Shown in pieces: positions 20,036 through 31,114 of a DNA stretch of 64,000 nucleotides. Position numbers and translations under genes: made by a program. This stretch comes from an uncultured Acidobacteriota bacterium. GTDB taxonomy: Bacteria > Acidobacteriota > Terriglobia > Terriglobales > Acidobacteriaceae. The notes beneath the pieces were generated by a model that saw only the letters and a list, made by a program, of their open reading frames with translations, did not search any database and had not been told where the DNA came from. The stretch is taken from contig CAWGBX010000005.1 of NCBI GenBank assembly GCA_963820925.1, forward strand, positions 208,605-272,604. Reading direction: 5' to 3'. Position 1 is the stretch's first letter. Every line of letters starts with the position of its first letter.

Positions 20036-20697
20036 TCGAAGTCAGAAAGAATGTTCTGAAACAGAATGATTTGGCGGCTCGCGCCCTTCGCGAACAGTTC
20101 CGCGCCGCCGGAGTCTTTGTTGTGAGCCTTGTATCAAGTCCCGGCTCAGGCAAGACCGCGTTCCTTGAAAGAACCCTCACGCTGCTTCGTCAGAGTTACA
20201 GTGTTGCCGCGCTGGTCGGAGACCTTGCCACTGAAAACGATGCGATGCGGCTGGCGCGCAGCCAGGCCCCGGTCAAACAAATCACCACCGGCACTCTATG
20301 CCATCTCGAAGCCGCCATGGTCCAGAACGCGCTCGCGGGATGGGATCTCAATCATCTGGATTTTCTATTCATCGAAAATGTTGGGAACCTGGTCTGTCCT
20401 TCGTCCTACGATTTGGGCGAGAACCTGCGTCTGGTGCTCATTTCCGTGACGGAGGGCGAGGACAAGCCGCTCAAATACCCCACAATTTTCAACAGTGCCG
20501 ATGTGGCTGTGGTCACGAAGATGGACTTGGCGCCGGCGGTTGAGTTCGATTGGGATACGGCGTACGGCAATATCCAAGCGGTGCGCCCGGGGATGCAGGT
20601 TCTCAAGCTCTCCGCGAAGACCGGGCACGGGATGGAAGAATACTTAGATTTTCTGACGGCCCGCCTGGATGAGTTGCGAGTGGCAACAGCTCAGTGA
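20014..20697 (+). CDS. hypB: Hydrogenase nickel-incorporation GTPase HypB
   Basis: P-loop GSGKTAFLE; no His-rich stretch; overlaps hypA by 22 nt. Confidence 0.85.
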   Translation: MGSQPRLVEVRKNVLKQNDLAARALREQFRAAGVFVVSLVSSPGSGKTAFLERTLTLLRQSYSVAALVGDLATENDAMRLARSQAPVKQITTGTLCHLEAAMVQNALAGWDLNHLDFLFIENVGNLVCPSSYDLGENLRLVLISVTEGEDKPLKYPTIFNSADVAVVTKMDLAPAVEFDWDTAYGNIQAVRPGMQVLKLSAKTGHGMEEYLDFLTARLDELRVATAQ

Positions 20698-20748
20698 CAA
20701 CTCGTTTGATCGGCCGAGAGATGTTCTTCCGAGGGTTCCTGCAGCCCC

Positions 20749-23700
20749 TCAGTCGGCGGCCATACCTTGAGCTTCCTGCTCGACCTGCCCGCGAAGCTGC
20801 TCTTCCAAGGCGGCCAATTGCGCCTCGATCTCCTCGTTTGCCTTTCGCTTCTTGATGACCTCCTCGCGGTAGCGGCGCAGGAAGTAATCGATTGTCTCCA
20901 CGCGGATCCTTATCGAGCCAGTGGGCTTGTTCTCGTCCAGATCTTTGAAGCAGAAGTAAGGCGTGCCCGACTGCTCGATGATGCCTTCGACTACTCCGTA
21001 GATGGGCGCGTCGTGGCCACACTTGAAACTCGAGACTTCCAGAGCGACCAGGTTCGGGTGGCGGGCGGTGAACTTCGCCGCCCAGACCTTGTGGTTGGTA
21101 CTGCAAGAGTATGAATTCTTCCAGGCATCGGTAATATCGAGCGGGTGGCTGATAACTCCCGCGCGAACCTCATCACCGAACAGGCGTTCCAGCAAATCTT
21201 CATCGAGTGGCAGGGTGTTCTGCGAGAAGATGGGATAGCCGAGCTTCTGGAACTCTTCCATGATTTCGTGATTCAGTCCCGGATCATGATGATAAGGGCG
21301 GCCCAGCATCACGATGCCGATGCGATCTTCCCGCTCCAACTGGTCGAGCACCTGGCGCGCGCGTCCGCGAATACTGGCCTCGTAGTCGGCCAGCGCCTTG
21401 TAGCCAACTTCGACCGCGCGATCGTTCTCTTCCAGGGACAATCCCAGGATCGGCTGCCAGGCCTGCAGCATTTGATGGGCGAACAGCTTGCGGTCGGCGA
21501 AGTTCAGGATGGGATCGACGTACTTCACATTGTGCTCAGCAAAAACGTCGTTTTCCTTGGTGAACGCTGCTTTCACGGTCTCGGGGGTCGCTGTCACAGT
21601 CGGGCAAGCGTTCGCGCCAACAATCTTCACCAGCGGAGATGTCAGCACGTCGTACATGGGGAAGAAAATGACGTCCAGGGGCTTTTTCCGATGCTTTTCC
21701 TGGATCAGGTTATACACGTGCGAAATACCGATCTTCGCAGGGAAGCAGGGGTCAATCGCGCCGCGGCTGGCGCCAGCACGGTACAGTTCCGAACTGGTGT
21801 AGTCCGAGTAAATGATGTTCTCCGGCTGCACGCCCAAGCTCTCAAGATATCCGTTGAAGAGCGGCGCATAGGTGTAGATGTTCAGCAGGCGCGGAATGCC
21901 GACGCGAAGCTTCTTGCGATTCTCCATGAGAGGCACGCGCTCTTTTGCCGACTTGTTCCAGAATTTCGTTACCGGGACGGGATCGGCCACGCTCTTCGGG
22001 TTAACCGGCCGGAAGACTTCACGGGCAGCAAAGTCCACAAAGTTTGGGTATTTGTCTTTGATCTGATCGATACCCGCTTTGATGTCCTTCATATCGTTGA
22101 CATCTTCGACCAGGCCTTTTTCGCAGGTTGCGATGATCAATCGCTGCTCGCCATGCATCAACGGAACTTTCGTGACCTTCTGAATCGGAACGAAGCTCAG
22201 GTCATCCTTGGGAACAGTTCGGATGTCAATGAACGTGCGCAAGCAATTGTTCTTGCAGAAATTGCAGCGCGTGCTCTCGTTGCGCGTGGTGCGGTATTCG
22301 ATTTTCCGCACGGCCTCCAGTCCGACAAACGTGGTCTGCTGGCCATTGCGCCACAAGCGGACAGACTCAACCGCAGCCCCGATGGCTCCGGACTCGCCGC
22401 AGAATTCGTGGACAATGATCTCCGGTTTCTTGCCAGCCGCACGGAAGCTGTTCTGGATGAAATCGACTTCTGCCTTGACTACTGCCATGTTGTTCTGAGT
22501 CCCACCCTGCAGGACGAAGCGCGTGCCCAAGGCCGCGAGATTAGGAATGCTGGCCACGTACAAGAACACATTCTTCGGAAGCACAGCCGCCAGGCCTGCC
22601 AGAATTTCCTCCGCCCGCCAGCCCTGACGCTGGAAATTTACGATGTCCGATTGCATGAAAACGGCACAGCCGTAGCCGAAAACCGGCATCGATTGAGCTG
22701 AGAAAGCCAGATCGGCGTATTGTTCCACACTCAGCCCAAAGCCTTCAGCGGTCGACTGCAAGAAATAGCCATTTCCCGCCGAGCATTGCGTATTGAGTTT
22801 GAAGTCTTTGACCCGACCGTTATGCAGGATGATGATTTTGATATCCTGCCCGCCAACGTCGACGATGACGTGGGGATCCTCGTAAAACTTGAGGGCTGAT
22901 TCCGTGTGAGCGACAGTCTCGACCAAGCGCGACGTCCGCATGCAAGACGTCTTTCAGAATATCCTTTGCATAGCCCGTAGTGGCGACTCCCAAGACTTCC
23001 AGCTTCGCCTTTTGCGCTTCCACCTGGCCGCGCAAGTTCTCGAACATTTCAATCGTGTCCTGGATCGGGTTCCCGTTCGAGAGTTGGTAGGACTTACAGA
23101 GAATGTCGCCATTCTCGTCGAGCAGCACGGCTTTGGTGGAAGTGGAGCCACCATCGATGCCGATAAATCCGCCAATCGTCTTGTGGGCGGAGAAGGTCGC
23201 CGGAACAAACTTCTTGCGGCGGTACTCGACCTTGAAGTCGTCCAACTCTTTTTCGCCGGCGGTCAGACCCTTGGCGCCAGCCTTGGCCTTTTCTTCCTGG
23301 CGTCCAAAGTCGATGTAGTGCAGGAGCTTTTCGTATCCCTGATAGCAGCCAACGCAGTCTTCTTCGCTCTTGCCGAATTCAATCGCACCCAGGGCGGCGA
23401 AGTACTGCGCGTTTTGCGGGACTTTGATGAGTTCGTCCGGTTTTGCGCCATCAGGAATCGTGACTTTGCGCTCTTGCCACATGCGAGGGATATTCGCCTG
23501 CCAGGCTTCGCGCATGCCCTTGATGAAGCTGTTCGGACCACCCAGCAACAAAACGTGCGGTCGCAGGGTGTGGCCGCGCGTCAAAACGCTGAGATTCTGC
23601 AGCACGATCGCCTCAAATAGCGAAGCCATCAACTCATCTGGTGGCGTTCCCACTTTCTGCAGACTGTTGATGTCGGTCTCGGCGAACACGCCGCACTTGC

Positions 23701-24313
23701 CGGCGACCTTGTGCAGCTTGATCCCGTGGTAGCCCTGCAGGGCAAGCTCGGCAACTGGAATCTTCAGCTTGGCGTTGATCTTGTCGATGACGGCGCCAGT
23801 GCCGCCTGCGCACTTATCATTCATCGACGGAATTTTCTTCTTGCGCCCCGTCTCATCGTCGTCCTTAAACACGATGATCTTCGCGTCCTGTCCACCTAAC
23901 TCGATCACCGAATACACTTCGGGGTGCATCTTCTCGACCGCCAGCGAAACCGCCGTGACTTCCTGCACGAACTTGGCGCCAATTTGATCGGCGATCCCTC
24001 CGCCACCGGAGCCGGTCATGAACATCCGCGTGTTGTGGCGATTGATGCCTACTTCCTTTTCGATGCGGCGCAGAAACTCCAGCGTCTTCTCTGGTTGCTT
24101 GGTTTCATGGCGCTGGTAGTCTTGCCACAAAGCCTTGTCCGTGGCTGCGTCCACCACAACGGCTTTGACCGTGGTCGAGCCAACATCGAGTCCGACCATG
24201 AATTCGGTGTGGTGATCGTGCGGCCGTTGTGCGGGCGCGGGAGCTATCTGAAATAGTTCTGGCTTTGGTTGGTGGCCAAGATGGTCGTGCATCATCTCTC
24301 CAGTCAGTGGCAA
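20749..24313 (-). pseudogene. Fused CoA-substrate-specific enzyme activase (2x BadF/BadG/BcrA/BcrD ATPase) + 2-hydroxyacyl-CoA dehydratase (HgdB/D-component-like) domain; reading frame broken by 1-nt indel near 22923
   Basis: Track ORFs 22820-24313 and 20749-22941 overlap in different frames; the second ATPase domain (IGIDGGSTSTKAVLL...HADVA | LVETVAHTESAL...VDVGGQDIKII) runs across the junction. Removing one G from ttGGtc restores ADVALVETVAHTE. Confidence 0.7.
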
Positions 24314-24387
24314 GAAGCGTTTTGACTATGGTGACCGCCATCTTGCTGCAAGAAAAATTGCAAGCAAGATGGCGGTCGCTACCACGA

Positions 24388-26172
24388 TTACGCGGCGTTT
24401 GGCACAGCGATTCCAGGAACTCGTGCACGCTTCCACAGCCGTGTGCTCTTATCCATGCGATCGCTCACGTGCAGCACGAACTGGGCTGCCGTTCCCGTAA
24501 CGCCTTCACGATGCGGGACATGATAGAAGGGCCGGCGCAACTCCGGATGCTCGGCAATGTATTCCCTGATTTCCTCCATGCTCTTGCCGGTGGATTTCAG
24601 ACATTGCTCGAATTCGGTCTTGGCCTTCACCTTGGCTTCGCCCAACGCCATCTGCACCCGGCTGTGGGCGTTGACCTCGCCCTCGCCCGAAGTTTCAATA
24701 GGCAGGAAGATCATCTCTTTGAACTTGTTGATCACGGCTGACTGGACGCCATCCGATTGCGACGAAGGCATGCAGCCGAAGGGCTTGAGCGCCAAGACCA
24801 TATGGCAAAGACGATGCACAGTGTAGTAAACGTTCTTGCCCACCTCGAGGTGGCCTTCTCCGCCGCGCGCAAACTGGTTGTAGAAGGGGTGGGCCATTTC
24901 GGCCAAGTCGGTTTGCGGCACGAGGTGATGGGTGATGCCCCCAAGGTTCTTGATCGTCCGGTGATAGAAGAAATTCCACATGCGCTCGCCCGCGCCAATT
25001 CCCCATAATTTTTTGCGCAAGCCGAAGTAATTGCCCATTTGCTTCTGCAGTTCGTACCATTCGGGATTGCGATGCGGACGGTTCGCTGGCCACTTCGCCT
25101 TGGCGTGGGCCTTGGCCTGATACATCAAATACGCCACCCAAGTCGCAATCGGCTCCACCACAACCTGCGCGCCTTCACGCTCGAGGAAATCGAACATGTG
25201 GAAGTTGCCATCGCCTTCGGTAATCTGCGCCCAGAATTCGCCTGTGATCTTCACCACCGGCTTCACCTTGGTACGGTCGACCTCGATGCGGTTCATCTTG
25301 TCGCGCGCAGCAGCCAGAGCGTTGAGATAATCTTTCCCCCACATGTGCTCGTGCCACTTGCCGAAGACATTAAAGGTGTTTCTGAGAACCTTGTTGCTCT
25401 TGAACTTGGGTTTCGCCCATTCCGGAGCCCGTTCCTCGATCTCGAATGAATCGCGGTTCCGCAGGTCCTCGCACAATTCGTCGACCGCTTCGTGAAACAC
25501 GCGATTCGTCTCGCCTTTATTTACTTCGAAGGGACGGACCTGATAGATCAAGTCGTTAATCACATCGCCCAAGTGCATGGCGTTCAGCATGCCGAAGCCG
25601 AAGTCGATGGTGAACTTCAGTCCGGGCTCGCCCGATGCGGCTTTAATGCCGTCGCTGTCCTTGAACAGGAGCACGCGGAAGCCATCGAATCCGGCATTTT
25701 TCAAGGCGAATCGGTACTCGGCTTCATACATGCCAAACCGGCAGGGACCGCAGGAACCAGCGGTAAAGAAGACGTACTTATCCAGAATGTCCTGGCGGGA
25801 GATGCCCTCCTTCTCCAGGAATTGCAGATACTGCACCAGGTTGCCGACGGTGAAATAAGTGGGGTTGCACTGGCCATTATTCCCGTATTCCTTGCCGATC
25901 TGGAATGCAGGAACGTCGGGCACCGGCAACTTCTCGCAGCGATAGCCGCAGCCCTGGAACACAGCCCGGATCAAATCCTCGTGCTTCCAGGTAAAGCCTC
26001 CGAAGAGAATCGTGACCTTGTTACGCTCTTCGGCCGTGAAAGCTCTTTCCACCGGCCGGTGGAAATGATCGGGCTGATCCAACCCTGCGATCTTGCGCAA
26101 CCTGGCGCGTTCCGCCGCCAGCCGCTCTTTGATTTCCTGGTCGTTTTCAATGTGAATAAGATTCGTCGCCAT
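24388..26172 (-). CDS. Acyl-CoA dehydratase/activase-associated protein (DUF2229-like partner of the fused activase)
   Basis: 594 aa immediately upstream (same strand) of the activase fusion; no ATPase motifs; assignment by context and vague family resemblance. Confidence 0.4.
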   Translation of the reverse strand: MATNLIHIENDQEIKERLAAERARLRKIAGLDQPDHFHRPVERAFTAEERNKVTILFGGFTWKHEDLIRAVFQGCGYRCEKLPVPDVPAFQIGKEYGNNGQCNPTYFTVGNLVQYLQFLEKEGISRQDILDKYVFFTAGSCGPCRFGMYEAEYRFALKNAGFDGFRVLLFKDSDGIKAASGEPGLKFTIDFGFGMLNAMHLGDVINDLIYQVRPFEVNKGETNRVFHEAVDELCEDLRNRDSFEIEERAPEWAKPKFKSNKVLRNTFNVFGKWHEHMWGKDYLNALAAARDKMNRIEVDRTKVKPVVKITGEFWAQITEGDGNFHMFDFLEREGAQVVVEPIATWVAYLMYQAKAHAKAKWPANRPHRNPEWYELQKQMGNYFGLRKKLWGIGAGERMWNFFYHRTIKNLGGITHHLVPQTDLAEMAHPFYNQFARGGEGHLEVGKNVYYTVHRLCHMVLALKPFGCMPSSQSDGVQSAVINKFKEMIFLPIETSGEGEVNAHSRVQMALGEAKVKAKTEFEQCLKSTGKSMEEIREYIAEHPELRRPFYHVPHREGVTGTAAQFVLHVSDRMDKSTRLWKRARVPGIAVPNAA

Positions 26173-26644
26173 TATCTTCCTCCGGCGTGTGCAGTCTTAT
26201 AACAGCTTGATGGGATAGGACGAACGGCGGGACCGCCATCCGCGAAAGCCACAGCAGGACAGAGCGCAGGTTTCACCTGAGGCTTGCACTCGGGGCGAGT
26301 GTGGAGCACATCGGGCCTGCGAACAAAACGCACCGGAAACTCCTCACAGCTCGGGACAAGGAGGTTCGAGTTTTACGCCGACGAGACCGTCTGAATAATT
26401 CTCGCGGGCGCCTGACAAGAGCGATACTACAGGTTTCCCAACTGCATCAACACGAGGCGCATCATGCACCTCTTTCCTCTCGGCCAAGCTACGCGAAGCT
26501 GCCACCCACTTCCTGGAATCTCGGGGCAGCTCATTTCAGGACCCCACCTGACAGCTCTCACTCTGTTTATAGCAAAAACTCGGGTGGTGCTTCAAGGTCG
26601 ACCAGTCAGGCTTGACCGAAATTCTTCTTAGGCCCCGCCGGGAG

Positions 26645-27040
26645 CTACTCGCCAGCCTTGAACGCTAATGTTTCCACTACCGCGATGTTCTGCAACAACT
26701 CCGGCGGCACGCCGTGCCGCTCCAGCATGTACGTCGGGCTGTTGTACGAAACCCAGACTCTTCCCTGGGCGTCTTCGGAAACCAGAATCTTGAGCGGGAG
26801 ATCGATGGCGATGCTCGGAGCAGCTAGCATCAAAGGAGTGCCAGCCTTGGGGCTGCCGAAGATCAGCAGCTTGGTGGGAGGCATCTTCAGGCCCACCCTT
26901 TCGGCTTCTCCGCTGTGGTCCACCAGCGCGAATAGCGTGACTCCCTTCACTGCCAGAATCCCCTTCAGTTTTTCTACGGTCTGTTCGACGGAGTGATGGC
27001 TGGGAGTATCGACGATGCCTTCGCTTTTATTGACGGCCAT
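26645..27040 (-). CDS. DUF302 family protein
   Basis: KLLIFGSPKAGTPLM block typical of DUF302; 131 aa. Confidence 0.65.
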   Translation of the reverse strand: MAVNKSEGIVDTPSHHSVEQTVEKLKGILAVKGVTLFALVDHSGEAERVGLKMPPTKLLIFGSPKAGTPLMLAAPSIAIDLPLKILVSEDAQGRVWVSYNSPTYMLERHGVPPELLQNIAVVETLAFKAGE

Positions 27041-27082
27041 AAATATCTCCTCATTGTCTCCGATTTCAATCCCACGGAACCT

Positions 27083-27478
27083 TCAGACCGAAACCAGATA
27101 GATGGCCATGGCCAGCCCGACCAACGCCAAAAAGAAAGCTATCGCAACAGCCTGGATGGAAGGACGAGAGTGTTCCGTTTCGCCATGATCTAAGTCCCGA
27201 ACCAATCGGAGGTGGTGCCATCCGGCAAAAGCATTCACGATTACCCCGCCTGCGATCAGCGCAGTGCCGAACCAAAGCGATAATCCGTAAGAGTGCGCCG
27301 CAGGAACGCGCTGCATGGCTTGGAGTTGCTGCAGGAAGAGCCCGAAGCGCGCCACCACAAAGCCGAACCCCATCAAGGCGAGGCCGGTGCGAATCCATGC
27401 GAGTAGAGTCCGCTCTGCCGCCAGATAGTCACTGAGAGCAGCCTTCTGTCCAGTTCGTGCCGGCGCCCCGATTCTCAT
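27083..27478 (-). CDS. DUF202/YidH-like membrane protein
   Basis: DYLAAERTLLAWIRTGLALMGFG motif; three TM segments. Confidence 0.6.
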   Translation of the reverse strand: MRIGAPARTGQKAALSDYLAAERTLLAWIRTGLALMGFGFVVARFGLFLQQLQAMQRVPAAHSYGLSLWFGTALIAGGVIVNAFAGWHHLRLVRDLDHGETEHSRPSIQAVAIAFFLALVGLAMAIYLVSV

Positions 27479-27633
27479 TGTTCCTTCGACTTTCTAACCG
27501 CAGCAGCGGGCTGATGGCGGGCTGTCCTGAGTGCATTCATTGTCTTCTCTCCTCTGGTACTTACCGCCAATCCGTTGTGCTGTTCGAGGTGAGAGATACG
27601 GCCTTCCCTGATCAGAGTGAAGGCCGTACAGGA

Positions 27634-28473
27634 TTAAGCTGCTACTTCCTTGCTTTGCTTGATGAAACCAAGCAGGTCGGCATTGATCTGGTCGGCATTG
27701 GTCGTGGGCATCCCGTGCGGAAAACCTGGATACACCTTCAACGTGGCGTTCTTAACAATCTTCGCGGACATCGGACCCGCGGCGGCGATTGGCACGATCT
27801 GGTCGTCGTCGCCATGAAGGATGAGGGTCGGAACATCGAACTTCTTTAAGTCTTCTGTGAAGTCCGTCTCCGAGAAGGCTTTGATGCAGTCGTAGTGAGC
27901 CTTCATTCCTCCCATCATGCCCTGCAACCACCAGTGCTCGCGGATGCCTTCCGAAATCTTGGCGCCTGGCCGGTTGTAGCCATAGAACGGCAACGTAATG
28001 TCCTTGTAAAACTGGGGCCGATTTGCTGCAAGCGCGGTTCGGAGGCCGTCGAAGACCGAGATGGGCGCGCCATTCGGATTCTTGTCCGTCTTCAACATGA
28101 GTGGCGGCACCGCGCTTATGAGTACCGCCATGCCGACACGTTTTGAACCATACCGACCGATGTAACGGGCAACTTCTCCGCCACCAGTCGAGTGGCCCAC
28201 ATGGATCGCGTTCTTCAGGTCAAGCTTTTCAGTGAGAGCCGCCAGATCGTCGGCGTAAGTGTTCATCTCGTTGCCATCCCACGTCTGGGTGGAACGGCCA
28301 TGCCCTCGCCGGTCATGCGCGATGACGCGAAAGCCCTGCTGGCCGAAGAACAACATCTGTCCGTCCCAGTCGTCCGCGGTGAGCGGCCAGCCGTGACTAA
28401 ACACTATGGGCTGGCCCTTTCCCCAGTCCTTGTAGTAAATCTGTGTACCGTCTTTTGTGGTGATCGTGGGCAT
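27634..28473 (-). CDS. Alpha/beta hydrolase, non-heme chloroperoxidase/perhydrolase family
   Basis: [26 protein letters not shown]...GHSTGGGEV nucleophile elbow; 279 aa. Confidence 0.8.
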   Translation of the reverse strand: MPTITTKDGTQIYYKDWGKGQPIVFSHGWPLTADDWDGQMLFFGQQGFRVIAHDRRGHGRSTQTWDGNEMNTYADDLAALTEKLDLKNAIHVGHSTGGGEVARYIGRYGSKRVGMAVLISAVPPLMLKTDKNPNGAPISVFDGLRTALAANRPQFYKDITLPFYGYNRPGAKISEGIREHWWLQGMMGGMKAHYDCIKAFSETDFTEDLKKFDVPTLILHGDDDQIVPIAAAGPMSAKIVKNATLKVYPGFPHGMPTTNADQINADLLGFIKQSKEVAA

Positions 28474-28503
28474 AACTTTCTCCTTTGTTTCGAAATTTTT
28501 GTT

Positions 28504-28773
28504 TCAAGAAACAGTGTGACATCGACAGGCCCCGGCCAGAACGGGAATGATCGGGTTCCACATCAGCGAGGTCTCTGCATAGCCGTGCAACAGTATGAGA
28601 AGTGTGCCGTGGCCAGCGGTCATGTAATGAAGCTTGACGCCGTTGATCTCGGCATTGCGTGAGGCGATGGTTTTGTCTGCAGCCTCCCCATAAGCCTTCG
28701 AAGAGAACACGGTGGACAGAGAAAATGGACCGAACACGGCCAAGCCCAGAAGAAGGCTCAAAGTGCGTTTCAC
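28504..28773 (-). pseudogene. Truncated N-terminal remnant of a secreted alpha/beta hydrolase
   Basis: Signal peptide + NGVKLHYMTAGHGTLLILLHGYAETSLMWNPIIPVLA then stop after 89 aa; rest of fold absent. Confidence 0.4.
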
Positions 28774-28919
28774 GAAAAGCTCCTTTGTGGAGACACGCGA
28801 AGGACGAGGTCCTCTCCGGTTTAGTCGCTGGCTTGCGACATTCTAGAGGGAGCCAAACTGAAGAACAAGCGCGAGACCCGCGCAGCCAGTCTGCGCGGGC
28901 TCTCGTCCTTGGCAGCGAT

Positions 28920-29825
28920 TCAGCGATGTTTGATGAAAGCGCCAGTTTGCAGTTCGGCCATTGCCTGGCGTAGCTGTTCCTGCGTGTTCATGACGATCGG
29001 GCCGTACCATGCGACCGGCTCTTCGATCGGCTTGCCTGACACCAGCAGGAACCGCATTCCCTCAGGTCCGGCCTGTACCGTCAACTCGTCTCCGCGGTCG
29101 AACAACACCAGCGAGTGATTGCTGACGTCGTATTTGGCTGGCGCGTTGGGGTCCGCGGCATGTTCGGTCAGCACCGCGCGAGCATCCGAGGCGTCTCGGA
29201 ACGTGCCGGAGCCAGCGAACACGTAGGCAAAGGCATTGCGCGTTGTCTCAACGGTGAGCCGCTTCTGCCGGCCAGCTGGCACAAAAATGTCGAGGTAATT
29301 CGGGTCGGCGGCTACTCCTTCCACCGGGCCTTTCTTGCCCCAAAATTCACCACAGATAACTCGCGCGCGCGTGCCGTCGTCGTCGGTGACCTCAGGAATC
29401 GCGCTCGCCGGAATGTCCTGATACCGGGGGTCGCTCATCTTCAGCGAAGAAGGCAGGTTGGCCCACAGCTGGAAACCGTGCATGCGCCCCTGCTCATCGC
29501 CCTTGGGCATCTCCTGGTGGAGGATGCCACTGCCGGCCGTCATCCATTGCACGTCGCCAGCGGTCATCTTGCCCTGGTTGCCAAGGCTGTCGCCGTGCTC
29601 GACCGAACCGGCCAGTACGTAGGTGATAGTCTCGATGCCCCGGTGGGGATGCCATGGAAATCCTGCCCGATAGTCTTCAGGGTTGTCATTGCGAAAATCG
29701 TCCAGCAGGAGAAACGGATCGAAATCCTTCGTTTTGCCGAACCCAAAGGCGCGTTGCAGCTTTACGCCTGCGCCCTCGATGGTGGGCTTCGGTTGAATGA
29801 TTTGTCTAACTGGGCGGAGTGACAT
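28920..29825 (-). CDS. Pirin family protein
   Basis: HPHRGIETITYVLAG..EHGDS cupin metal-site motif; 301 aa. Confidence 0.85.
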   Translation of the reverse strand: MSLRPVRQIIQPKPTIEGAGVKLQRAFGFGKTKDFDPFLLLDDFRNDNPEDYRAGFPWHPHRGIETITYVLAGSVEHGDSLGNQGKMTAGDVQWMTAGSGILHQEMPKGDEQGRMHGFQLWANLPSSLKMSDPRYQDIPASAIPEVTDDDGTRARVICGEFWGKKGPVEGVAADPNYLDIFVPAGRQKRLTVETTRNAFAYVFAGSGTFRDASDARAVLTEHAADPNAPAKYDVSNHSLVLFDRGDELTVQAGPEGMRFLLVSGKPIEEPVAWYGPIVMNTQEQLRQAMAELQTGAFIKHR

Positions 29826-29884
29826 AACTGTTCCTCTTTTCTGCGCCGCGCGGCAGTTTCGAACTGTACCGCGCAGCTAATCTC

Positions 29885-30448
29885 TTAGGCTTTCACAAAT
29901 TGCACATCCAGGGTGATGGTTACCTCATCGCCGACTAGAATGCCACCGGTCTCCAGCGCCGTATTCCAGGTCAGACCGAAGTCCTTGCGATTGATCTTTG
30001 TGGTCGCCGAGACTGCAACTCGGGTGTTACCCCAGGGATCCTTCGCAGGTAGTGTCGGACCTTCAACGGAAAAGAGCACCTTGCGGGTGATGTCCCGAAT
30101 GGTCAGGTCGCCTTCGACGGCCAGTTCTCCGTCCCGAACAAGGCGGATGCTCGTGGACTTGAAGGACAACGTGGGGAACTTCTCCACGTCGAAGAAGTCA
30201 GGACTCTTCAGGTGCAAATCGCGCTGTGCGTCACGCGTTTCGATTGAGGCCGCTTCGATCGAGGCCTCCACACGGGAGTTGGTTGGGTCGGATTCGTCCC
30301 GGGTCAGCGCTCCCGTGACTTTGGCGAATTGCCCTTTGACGTTAGAAATCATCATGTGCTTGACCCTGAACTCGGCAACCGAGTGGACGGGATCGATGTT
30401 CCAGGTTGTGGTTGTAGCGGCGGTTTGCGGCGTAGCCAATGTGCTCAT
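29885..30448 (-). CDS. YceI-like domain protein
   Basis: WNIDPVHSVAEFRVKHMMISNVKGQF and C-terminal pattern of the YceI family. Confidence 0.7.
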   Translation of the reverse strand: MSTLATPQTAATTTTWNIDPVHSVAEFRVKHMMISNVKGQFAKVTGALTRDESDPTNSRVEASIEAASIETRDAQRDLHLKSPDFFDVEKFPTLSFKSTSIRLVRDGELAVEGDLTIRDITRKVLFSVEGPTLPAKDPWGNTRVAVSATTKINRKDFGLTWNTALETGGILVGDEVTITLDVQFVKA

Positions 30449-30521
30449 TGTGGTTATCCTTTCTGCTTTGATTAGATGCGTTGTGACGATAATCGTTGCA
30501 ACATATATGTTGACAAAAAAA

Positions 30522-30986
30522 TCAACTCACTTTGGTGCGGCACGTGTGCAGCAGTTCGGTAAGCGCCCGAAGCCGTTCCCGTCCCAGGTGGCCCAGTTGC
30601 TTGCGATGGGTCTCTTGCACCGGCTCATCCAGCCGGCCCAGGAGCTTAAGACCCTCCGGCGCGATCCGGGCCATCACCATTCGCCGATCCTTGGTTTCGC
30701 GGCAGCGTGAAATCAGCCCGCGCTTTTCCAACCGGTCGAGCAGCCGCGTGACGTCCGGATCCCGCGTAATCATACGGCTGGCTATCTCGCCACACGGAAG
30801 GCCGCCTGGTGAGCCGCGCAGGATTCGGAGTACGTTATATTGCGTCGAGGAGAGGTCCCCAGTCTTGAGCACCTGAACCAGCCCGCGGGAGAGCACGTCA
30901 GTGGTGCGAAGCAGGTCCAAAAACGCGGCCTCCTCGGAACCGCCGACGCGTCGCCCACCTTTATCTGACTCGACCTTTTCCTTCAT
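30522..30986 (-). CDS. MarR family transcriptional regulator
   Basis: Winged-helix region VLRILRGSPGGLPCGEIASRMITRDPDVTRLLDRLEKRGLISR. Confidence 0.8.
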   Translation of the reverse strand: MKEKVESDKGGRRVGGSEEAAFLDLLRTTDVLSRGLVQVLKTGDLSSTQYNVLRILRGSPGGLPCGEIASRMITRDPDVTRLLDRLEKRGLISRCRETKDRRMVMARIAPEGLKLLGRLDEPVQETHRKQLGHLGRERLRALTELLHTCRTKVS

Positions 30987-31114
30987 CTGGATGAAATATT
31001 ATCCGTTTTAACGACCATTGTCAAGACGGACGTTCTCCCTTTCCCGCACTTTATAGGTGTGCGTAAGATTTTCGAGCTGAGGATAGGAAACACGAGAAGA
31101 GTTTGAGTCTCGCG

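Noticed and set aside
20749-24313. Programmed ribosomal frameshifting as the explanation for the split activase fusion (and other split genes)
   Set aside because: No slippery heptamer or downstream structure at the junctions; the breaks fall inside conserved domains and recur in unrelated genes, so indels or pseudogenes are far more likely
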